In this document: piece by piece, positions 53,701-64,000 of the stretch
How the letters are laid out: every line of letters begins with the position of its first letter
How positions within the stretch are numbered: the stretch's first letter is position 1
Assembly (NCBI GenBank): GCA_017499595.2
Contig: CM039007.1
Location: 2,480,001 to 2,544,000 of the forward strand
Direction: 5' to 3'
Length of the DNA stretch: 64,000 bases
Origin: Psilocybe cubensis
Taxonomy: Eukaryota
Program-made: the position numbers and the translations under genes
Notes under the pieces: model-generated
Told to the model about the DNA's origin: nothing
The model's input: only the letters and a program-made list of their open reading frames with translations
Database searches by the model: none

Positions 53701-56095
53701 ACCTCTATCAACTGCAAATATATACCCAAGTTCCCAACTATCAAGTTCTCCTCTGTCATCTCATGTTAACGCTTCTCCTGCTCCCGACACGACTGCTACG
53801 ACCACTATTAAGACCGAATCTCCAACTTCGATTTCTTCGCCATTGCCTGAACCATCAGAATCGTCTCCTCCACCTTCATTTGTGGAATCCGTGCAAGAAC
53901 TTAACGAGTTATCTCCTGATCCCGTTGTCTCGCAGGACGAAGCTTGCGCTGGCCCAATAGAGTCTGCTCCCGAGACGTCTGAAATTCACCGACTTAGTCC
54001 TGCATCATTCAATTACGACACTCATGGCCTTAGAGAACCCGACCGTCCTGAATCTTTCATGTCTTCTTCGACTGACTCTTTCGGTGCCATCTTGACCGCC
54101 GACGGTCCTCTTCCTCCTACGTTCCCGGGACAACACAACCAATGGTCGTTTGACACTTCCATTGATGATTTAGATTTATCTGATACTTCATCGTTGCCTG
54201 GCGGATCAGATCTGCCTGCTCCGCCAGGATTAATGCGCCCCGCGAGAAGGCTTCCCAACCGGCGCGATTTCGAATTTGTGAGACGCTCAGAGGTGTCTTC
54301 AATGGGCTTTTCCAACGAATATATGCGCGATTCTGTTGCTAGTTCAACACATTCCCAGTCTTCGCCTTCATCTTCTGGGCTTCCACAGCCCATTTCTCGC
54401 TGGCAGATGAAAACCCTTCAGCGCACATTTGAATCGATGAGCAATGATGGGGAAGATGGTGGAGACGTGGAGGCAGCTTTGCGGAGGCTGGAAGGGCAGA
54501 TCAACCCAAAAATCCAGCAGGAGAAGGCGGAAAAGGTGGATGGGTGGGTTCGGTCTATGCAGGAACGGCTTAGGAATGGCGATTATGATTATGAGAGTTC
54601 AATATTTTCCGAAGACGACGTTGAAGGATTCATTGACGAGGTATACCCAGCGACTGATGATACCGACCCCGAAAGTCCTCCTGACTTGGTTGTGTCCTCC
54701 TCCGAGACGGATGACAGTAATGATAATGATGACAGGGATGGAATGCCGCGCACCCCGATCCCTTCGCAATCTACTCAGCAACTCCCTTTCCCACCCGGCC
54801 TCGAACCAATTGCTCGTAACGAGTCACAAAAACCGCCCCCGGAGCCAGCAGTCCCTGAGGAAATTCTGCAGAGCAGATTGCCACCAATTGCAAGGCCCGC
54901 GTTTGATTCCATCAGTCCACCCACAGAATCCATCTTTTCGTCCAAATTTTCTTCTGAATCGACGCATAGCATCCACCGATCGTTTATTCTCAATTACTCG
55001 GCTGAACAGCTCGCGGAGCACTTCTCGATGATCGACAGAGAGCTCTTTATGGGCGTCAAGTTTGAAGAGCTGGTCACGGGCGAGTGGATATATTGTCAGG
55101 AGATTAATGTTTATGAATGGGCGCAGTATCTCAAGGACAGAGCGCGATGGAAAGCTGAGCAACAGTTCCCCGAGAAGACAACTGCCCTGGCGGCTGTGCG
55201 CGCCCGCTTCAATCTCATGGTTTCTTTTGTCATTTCTGAAGTCGTTTTGACTCCACCTACTGAGAGACATATCGTCGTCTCGAAGTTCTTACGTATTGCC
55301 TGGGTAAGTTGTGGCTTCTGATGTGTGCCGATTTCTTTTCATCTTATTCTCTTTTTTAGAAATGTTATTCCCTCAGTAATTTCAACACTTTGACGGCCAT
55401 TATCATGGCGCTGAAAGATGAATGGGTTGCCAGAGCTATGAAAAGGCAAGGCTGGAATCGGATCGGCGTCTTCGAGGCTCGGGTGTTCAAGGATCTGAAA
55501 ATATTCATTACGGTCGCTGATCATTTTAAGTTTATGCGCCAAATTGTCGATTCGATTGTCGACGCGAAGCCTCTCGAGGGTAGCTCTCATGCCGCCTCCG
55601 TGATTAGTGGCGGGGACTCTCAGAGCGGTAAGGGCAGAGGAACTTCAGATAACCGCCCAATGGTTCCAACTGCTTGTATCCCTTTCATTGGTATGCGAGG
55701 TTACATTTTTCTTTCATTTTCTTTGGTATTGATTCTTCGCAGGCATTTATCTTTCCCAGCTTCGCGTGTTTACCAAACTCCCGGGGCTCATTGATGCGAC
55801 GGCGCCTCATCTTGTTGTCGGTATTGATCCTGTCCATGCGACCTTTGACCCTCCAGCCCATCCAGAAGTGTTTTCTGCGCTCGTACCTTTACCCAAGTCC
55901 ATGCACCTGGAGCCCTTAATCAATGTTCACAAGCAACGTCGTATTGCCGACGTCATCAAGGCTCTTGTGGCCGGACAGCACCTGGCAAGTAGAGTGCAGT
56001 TCTCCATCGACAAAAGGTTGTTCCAGAAATGTCTTCGCCTTCGTGGTTTGCAGCCAGACCTTCTTCAGCGTGCGCTGGCAATGTACCCCGAGTGA
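50797..56095 (+). CDS. RasGEF-domain protein, Lte1-like (REM domain, long disordered insert, CDC25-homology domain)
   Basis: REM: LLAATIERWIAQLT..FFLTYRTY..RVRTFVAIRYWL. GEF: SFILNYSAEQLAEHFSMIDRELF, RFNLMVSFVISEVV, SNFNTLTAII, CIPFIGIYL, LINVHKQR. Confidence 0.88.
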
Positions 56096-56621
56096 TTTTT
56101 CTCTGCTTTGCTTTGCCTCCCTTTGCTTTTAATATTGCTAATGCGCTTTATGCGTGTAAAACCTTGTTTCATATGGTTCATGTTCACGAACGTGCCTCTT
56201 TTTCGCTTTTATTATACTGGATATTAGGTGACTCGTGATTGCGAGGTTTTTGATATTTTTTTGATGCAGTTTACTCGGTATAAGGTTGATTAGAATTCGC
56301 GTTTTTTGTATTTATGTATGGTATATGCTGAATACCTTCGAGGTACAGTACTTCAGCTGTGATGGCTGAGAATCTAGAAATTTTTAACATTCTCTCAGAG
56401 CGTAATGGGCGGTCACGGACAACATTGAACCTCTGAAATTTCTTTGTTTCTTGTGAAATAAATTTGTATGGGAGTGATTTCATTGTCACTTCTCGGCAGA
56501 CAAAGAACGTTTACCGTAAACAATCGAGGAAATGAAGCAAAACAATTACACGCGAATTCTTACACAGCTGCAAGCTATTAGTTTCATCACTAGTGTGTCT
56601 ATCGCCGAAAGTATTCCTATG

Positions 56622-57923
56622 TTACAAAGCAACTACTTTCCCCTCCTGTACACTTGCTTCGATCGCATCTAAAAGACGATGGTGCTTGACGGCATCTTCA
56701 ATAGTGGCATAATCACCTCCAGGACCGTTGGAAAATGGCATCCATGCCTCGACGCACGATTCGACTGCGTTTCCAGAGGTCTCGAAGTCGACTTTCTTGC
56801 CGTTAAGATAGAGGTCTGGCTCGATCATGCTGGCCATAGCTCCCAATAAATTGTTCGACTCCATCCTTATTGTGCCTTCCTCTCCCTCAATCTCCCAGAC
56901 GTACTGACGTCGGCCTTCTGTCGAGGCATATCCCGTTCTCCACAGTATGTTAGCGAGAATACCACTTTTAAGCACGCCGGATATGGCGTAGTGGTCAGGT
57001 TGATGATATGCCACGGTTTTTCCTGTTGGTTTGTGGGTACGGTCGAGCACGGTGAGCACAGGGTAGACATTGGTTGCTATTGCAGAGACTTTAACAAAGT
57101 CACCGAGGACATGTGTGAGTGTATCGAGCTGATGTCCAATCGGTACCGTGAGCATTGTAGCACCTATTTTTATTTCGAAACATGAGATTGAATGAAAAGG
57201 AAATCTAGTAGTAACAGTTGGCACAAACCATTATTCTTGTCAAGTGTGTATTCGTAATAATCAAATGTGAATGGCGGAAAGGTTCCCGCTTCTCTCGGCA
57301 GATGTGCAATCTGAGAATAAAATGGATAATTAAAACATTGGAAAGAGAAGTTATTTGTAACTCACGACGTTGGTAGACCTGACCGTACCAACAACACCAG
57401 ACGACAAGATTTCCTTGACCTGTTATTCATAGGTTGAATGACTAATATTCAGGTAGAAAAAGACACATACCTTGCGAACGACGACAGAATGGCGTCCTTG
57501 AAGTCCAACGAGCGATCTGACTCCGTGTTCGCGAGCTGAAGAGGCGATTTCTTCCGTTTCTTTAGTTGATATCCCAGCGGGCCATTCAACAAAAAAGTCC
57601 TTCTTCGCCTCAATGGCGGAGAGAACAACCTCTTTGTGATGTGGTGCCTTTACCGAGATGGCGACGAGATTGACATCCTCATCGGAAGCTATGCGAGATG
57701 CGGGTCCAAAATACGATTTAATGTGATGGCCGACTTCCTTGGAATATTTATCGGCTGAAGCCAGGGATGAAGCTTCGGTTGTGGTTGACACAGCTACAAG
57801 ATCGTACTTGTCGCGCAACGACGGCTGGATAAGCGCGGGCGCAAGCGCCGTCGCTGCCCAGCCTGAGGTTGCAGACAAACCGATGAAGCCGACGTTGGTC
57901 TTCTGATTAGAGTATTCGACCAT
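56622..57923 (-). CDS. Gfo/Idh/MocA-family NAD(P)-binding oxidoreductase (Gal80-like)
   Basis: VGFIGLS..GWA, DVNLVAISVKAPHH, KDFFVEWP, VGLQGR, GHQLD, IEGEEGTI. Confidence 0.9.
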
Positions 57924-58987
57924 GTTTCGGAGAAATTAAGTGAAAGAAAAAGATGTAGGAAAAAATGACTATGATACCTTGCTTTTATACATCTTAATCC
58001 TCAGCACGGACTAGACGATGATTAAGATGTTGGGATGGTCCTTTAGGATATCGGCTTGAACTTGAATACGGGGCTTAAATGTAGACCAAAAGCGTCTATA
58101 CAAAGACAGTAAATGATTGCATTATGAATCGGTGGTATAGGAATAGGTATCTGACCCACAGCTTCGCTCTCAAAAAGTGGACTCACCAACAATTCCTTTG
58201 TAAGTTGTGTCGTCTTACCCCAATGTACCATCTTTTATCTCCATTCACACTCTCATATCTCCATTTATTGGTCTTTACCTTTGGAATATGACATACTTAT
58301 ACCCATAAATGAAGCAAGTAAGCCCCTAAGGAAGTACATTGAGTCCATGTGGAATGCAGACGGACCCACTTCTATGAACAACCAGTTAACGTTATGTTGT
58401 AGGAGATGCTTATCTATCTAAAGGTCTATCCTATGTTGCATATGATTATAGAGAGTCATACACCAATCAAACATACAAATAATTTCAATGCACTGGCAAG
58501 GGATGTTTAGTGCAGTGAATCTTTTCGAGCACCATTCACAATATTGCCTTTGAGGAAATGACTTCTATATAATAGGAGAACAGCTCCTACGGTACGGGAA
58601 CACTGACTTCAAGCTCGGACTTGGACTCTTTGGAAGAGAGCAAGTGATTTCGATTGGGACTCAATGGCCACGCAATCTCGGGCCTCGGCCACTCCCGCTA
58701 CTCCGGCATGACAGCCGAAGTCGGACTTAACCTCGGATCACCAACTGGCGGGAAAAGGCCGAGGAGGCCTTATTCTCAACAATTGAAGGACTTGAATGTC
58801 AAAGGTGTTCATTTCGTTGAAAACAATACCATATTTATTTGAATATCTGTCAAAATATTGGCATATTGAGAAGAGGTTTAAAGCATGGCAGGGTAGATTG
58901 CAATGGGTAAAATATCGTGAAATTCCGTTCATCGCGCGTGTCGAAGCAATCCCAAAAACATGAGTACATGTATACAACAAACGTTTC

Positions 58988-60600
58988 TCAGTATGTCGCA
59001 GTAGGGTAGTCAGTATATCCTGTAGCCCAGTCACCAGAAGTCTTGCTGGTTTGAAGATGAGGGATATCCGGCATGTTATTGAGAGGCTTTCCATGCTCTA
59101 CGCGCTTTGCTAGATCGGGATGTGTAATCCAATTGAATCCAATGGAAATTGCATCGAGTTTTCCGGCAGATATCAATTTTTCTCCTTCTTCGGCGGTTAC
59201 TCCTGCGTTCAAAAATTTCTTGCCATTCTTAATTAAATGCCCATATGACTCGAGCACATCATGCTTTGTGGCTCGTGGAACACCTTGACCTTTTATCAGT
59301 TTCTGTCAATATAAAATATACCGGATTGGAAGACTTACCATCAAATTCAACATCAAAGGAAGGGGAATATCTGACGAGATTGAAATAGGAGAGCTTCAGT
59401 TTGTCGGCTTCCGAAATAAAGTACGAATAAGTGTCCAGCGTCTCTTGAAGGGGCATGCTTGTTGCATACTGTCAGTAAAAGTGACTAATCATATCGTATT
59501 AACGGTAAATAATGCGCACCCAACGTCGTTGTAACCTCCGCAAGGACTAAGTTTCAATGAAACGTTTTCTCCAAATACCTCGACCATTACTTTAAGAACC
59601 TCCAAGCCAAAGCGGGAACGGTTTTCAATACTCCCGCCCCATTGGTCAGTGCGCAAATTAGCAGTGCTGTCGAGGAATTGCTGAACAATGTAACCATTTG
59701 CTCCATGCACTTTTAAATTAGATCATAGTCAGCGTTGTACAATATTAATAAGGCTGAGATATTCACGCTCAACACCATCGAAGCCGGCTTCTTTAGCATT
59801 GACAGCGGCATGCTTAAACTGCTTGATGATCGTCCAGGGATCTTCAATAGCTGTAGGCTATGAATAATTTGCAGGAAAATCAACTGGAAATTCCACAAAC
59901 AAGTCAAATGCTATCTTACCGTAACATAGCCAGGAACTCCAGGAATGGTCCTGAACTTGCCTCCACGAGCACTGATTGCGGAAGGACCATATACTGGCTA
60001 CCAATGGAGTTGTTAAAGTTAACAATTAACTAGCCACATAAACAGTATGAAAGATCGCAGTACTTACGACTCCGGCTAGTTTTTGCTGTTCAGCCTCAGG
60101 ATGGGACAAGCGACCGACTTTTGAAAAAAATAAGTCTAAAATTTAAGATTGGATATGGGATAACATCACCATGCCAAAGCTGTCATATACCTCCGTGTCA
60201 GTATTTTAGGCTCGTCAATAATAGCAAAATCAGACGAACTTGTGCGTAGATATGCCCTCCTGCTTCATGGACTGCATCTACAATATTTTTCCAACCTGCG
60301 ACGTGCTTGGAGTCCCAAAGTCCAGGGGCATGGGGCCACTCAGTTCTGTCAAGAGGAAAACATTCAACAAACAATACACAAGCATCGTATTCTATCGGCG
60401 TACCCTTGACGCGTCACTAGAATGCCTTCTGTGACGATGAGTCCAGCTCCGCCTTTCGCACGTTGAACATAGTACTCCTTCATGAGATCACTAGGATACG
60501 TATCCGCTGCACGATTTCTAGTGAGCGCAGACATAGTAATACGGTTCTTCAGCGTTATAGATCCAATCTGAAGAGGGGTGAAGAGCGACTTGAAAGACAT
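58988..60600 (-). CDS. NADH:flavin oxidoreductase / old yellow enzyme (ene-reductase)
   Basis: LFTPLQIGSITLKNRITMSALTRNRA, YYVQRA, QLWHVGR, AGFDGVE-HGANGYIVQQF, RTDQWGGSIENRSRF, GYTDYP. The catalytic H-x-x-N-x-Y motif is intact. Confidence 0.95.
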
Positions 60601-62105
60601 CTCGTTATGCGGTGAGGACGATTGAGTGGATAAGAACGACAGAGGTTATCCGGATTTTGCTGAAGGATGCCAGCATTTCTAATGAGCTTTTATACGTGTT
60701 CCTTACTACCCTAAACATCACTGACTTCCATTTATATCAAGGGCATGAGGGCCAATGTGTGGGCTGTAAAGATCAAATATTGCGGTTGAGTTAGACGGTT
60801 TACCGAGCATAGGAATGGTTATGTCATACCTGCAATGTGATCTGCCCGGCAGAATCCGAAATTTCCTTTCCACACTGTTGCCTTGATGGCTTTATTGTAC
60901 AACTTCAAGGAAAAGTATTCAAGCATAAAAAATATATTTTACACTTTATTAGTTTTTGTTTCAAGAAAAAGACGTTAGTAGAAATCCAAGAAACCGTGTT
61001 TGCCTTCGAGCTGCCGAACTGCCGTGGACGCACCAGCACCTGCTATATAGGGCTTGATTTTCCCAGGGTAGTTCCTCGGTAAACTTCAGTCAGCGCAAAG
61101 TCAGCGTGGGTATTCACTTTTCATGGTAGCCCGTCCCAAGCCCGTCTAAGAAACTTGGGCCGATAAGCAGTTTCTTTTCTTTTTACAAATATCGGAAAAT
61201 AATCCAAAAACTGCAGAGCTTATACGCTGATTGATCATTAACTTGTACTACTGTTAGCACAATTACACTACTGTTGAGCACCGTACGCTTAATCATTCTG
61301 ATCAACTGGATTGGAGATAAGGTACAGCGATGCGTTCATGATTTTAGAGGGTGGGTTCAAGAACTCTGGTGCACAATTGAATTGAAGGGATATTGCTCAA
61401 ATCTGACGCAAGAAAGTTGATATAGCACCATAGGCTGGGAGAGTACGCGGACTGGCAGAAATTATCATTTTCAGCTTCTTTGCATCCCCTGCTTGATGTC
61501 GGTGTCTTCTAGCTCACAACTGACTGTACAAATCTCTGCTTTTTTCCATATCTTTCTTGAGTTGTATGTATTGACAATTGTAATTTCTTTCACGAGAATA
61601 GGTCCGGGAAACCATTTGGCATTAGGCTGTTTGACGATCCTCAACTAGGTCTACCAGTTAGGGACGACATTTTTTTAGCTTTTCCCGTGTGTGAAAACAG
61701 AATAAGAAGTATGTGTATAACGATCAATAAAGAAGTATCAAGAGTGTACACCAACCAATCCTGAACTAGTTGAACTCTCCGGAGCGATCGTATCTTGAAC
61801 CTATTAGACAACTTCGCCTGTCCATGTTGAGTTTAATTTTCACCGGCAGTACAGCCTCTCGCAATGTGATTGCTTTCATTATGGGCATAGAACGGACACC
61901 TCAGAGAAAACGGAATCTCAGCGGGCGGGAAGTCACTAATCATCGGACTTTATCGACTTGTTCCGATTCCTTAACCTAACCTAACCTCACCCAAAAATTC
62001 AAATGACTCACTTGCTTAGACTCGATCGGTAGCGAAGCTTACCGAAAGCACTAAAACAATTAAAAGCCTTGATAGACCTGAAGTCCTACCCGTTTTCTCT
62101 TTGAT

Positions 62106-62950
62106 ATGGAGTCAAACACAGCTCATATTAAAGCGACAAAGGTATCAGGTCAGACTGTGGAGGAAGCTCAGGCAGAGACGACCGCTCAGAAAGCATCTAC
62201 CGATTGCGAGTCGGAGGTCAATCAGTTTCCGCCCATCCCAGTTCCAAGTCTATCAAAATGGTCGACACCTGCCATTCCCGAAAATGCGTGGTGTTCTACC
62301 GATTTCATGACGGGTGCTGGGATGGTGGTTATCCAACAAAATACGGAGAAGATAATAGTGTTATATTCAACGATGATGGATTATTGGTTTTTTCCCCGGG
62401 GCCGAAAGGACATCGGCGAGTGCATCGAGCAAGCTGCATTACGAGAGGCTCATGAAGAAGTGTGTCTATCTCCTGACCAAGTATCGGTTGTGTTTGATGC
62501 ATGTTATAGTCGGGTTATCGAGTTCACTTCCTTCCTGTGGTCAATCCGACCCGCCAGCCCCACCCAACATTTACAAATGGGAACAACCAGACCGTGCTCA
62601 ACACGGAACCAATATTTATGACCACCACGAACAAACCCCCCGGGGAAAGTGGTCCTGATGATTACGGGAAGGTATACCTGACTTTGTGGTTCATAGGCCA
62701 GATACCGGAGGATGCTGTAAGTACCTTTTGAATAACTGCTCATGCAGCGAATTTTGACCGTAAGGAACTCGAACACCAGAAATTCGAAGCCGGAACACGC
62801 ACTGATGAAGAATTTCACTTCGAGACACACTTACTCTCATATGATGAAGCCGTGAAGAAGATTTGGTATAGCGAGCGCCCCGTCCTAAAATATGCATGGC
62901 ATGTCTATCAAAAGACACTCGAGTTTACACGGAGTGTGCCTCGCGATTAA
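62106..62950 (+). CDS. Nudix hydrolase family protein, paralog 2
   Basis: GRKDIGECIEQAALREAHEE-SGY. Introns 62460-62509 and from 62717, at the same positions as in 36226-37149. Stop at 62948-62950. Confidence 0.88.
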
Positions 62951-63154
62951 ATCGCATGAGGTCGAAATCGGCCAAGTTGGCTTATTTTGCAATCATAAAC
63001 GTGTATTTCGATATATAATACGCACCACAAATCATATCCCAAATAGCCAGAGAATGATGCAACGACAAAGTCAGGCTTCAACAAAGAACAAAACCCATAA
63101 AAGAAACCAAGGAAAGCTGTTGAAGTCCTCCGAGAGGGTAATAAAGACCGACAT

Positions 63155-64000
63155 CTATAGTCCAATGAGTGATTTCAGCCTATTGACCATCAAAGATCTT
63201 GACTTGACGAGGCGACAGAACCAATCTCCAAGAACAATTCCCCACAGAACGTCGAAGAATGCCACACCACCGTTCTGAACAATAAAGATAGGTGAATCGA
63301 CAGGGGTATTCAGGAACGGGCGACAATGCTTACTTTTCCTATAGTAATGACAATAATTTCTCTTGATCCTTTATAAGGCGATAGGGGTTTGTTGTGGATG
63401 GAGGCGATTATGTTCGCCGCTACAATGTTAGCTTGGTTGATCGACTTCATGTATTGCTTCTGTTCAGCATAATCAATGGCATCTCCGACGGCATATATAT
63501 TGGGATGGTTCAATAGTCGCAGAGTAGGTGCGACCTTGATATACCCATTTTCCGTTAACGCGTCGGAACCTAATGATTTGGCGATAAATTCTGTGTTGGG
63601 TTGGGGACCTACAGTCGATATCTATAACCACCATTTGACATCATCCCCTGCTATCGTCATGTATGGCAGACGTACCACTAGATCTGCTTTGATGACTTTT
63701 CCGCTTTTAGTCTTGATGGTGCCGTTTTTAATCTGGGTATCTTCAACATATTCGCCAAAGATGAGTTCGATGTTGCGTGCAATTAACCGACTTTCCAACG
63801 CCCGTCTGAACTTGTCCGGATAAACCTTGTTCAAAACCATCCCTGCGGCTTGAACTATGGTGACTGATTTTTTCTGTAGATTACAACAATGAGGTGATGG
63901 GTTACAATCGTTAACAGAAGCTGATGAGCGTACCGGGTAAACATCAGCAATCTCGCCAGCGAGTTCTACAGAGACAATCAGCTCATAGTTTGGAGGCAGA
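63155..64000 (-). CDS. FAD-dependent pyridine nucleotide-disulfide oxidoreductase, AIF/AMID(FSP1)-like; 5' part outside the window
   Basis: ELAGEIADVYP-KKSVTIVQ, GKVIKADLV, GYIKVAPTL..HPNIYAVGD, ITIGKNGG..KSRSL. Stop at 63155-63157. Confidence 0.88.

Noticed and set aside
61973-61990. AACCT repeats resembling telomeric sequence
   Set aside because: Only about three units and not the TTAGGG repeat. Ordinary microsatellite.

Overview
Eukaryotic, intron-rich fungal DNA. Short (mostly 50-60 nt) GT-AG introns and the gene content point to an agaricomycete basidiomycete; that assignment is an inference. About 17 spliced genes are supported. They are a coiled-coil hypothetical gene, three diverged F-box-like paralogs around eEF1B-beta, two secreted or GPI-like Cys-rich proteins, two Nudix paralogs, a cell-cycle group (Cdc20/Fizzy-like, MCM10, ASF1, Lte1-like RasGEF) and a redox group (Gfo/Idh/MocA, old yellow enzyme, AIF/AMID-like, the last truncated by the window edge). 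The most striking structure is a tandemly duplicated head-to-head cassette at 27-33 kb. Each copy pairs a tiny 7-cysteine ORF (MC-x6-CxxC...CxxC) with a kinase-fold gene lacking the catalytic motifs, and the two start codons are about 400 bp apart in both copies. Other points: the IR tail of the Cdc20-like gene is out of frame, three introns use GC-AG, and one long intron has hairpin potential. I found no rRNA, tRNA, CRISPR array or intact transposon. Exon boundaries were read by eye and no database searches were run.
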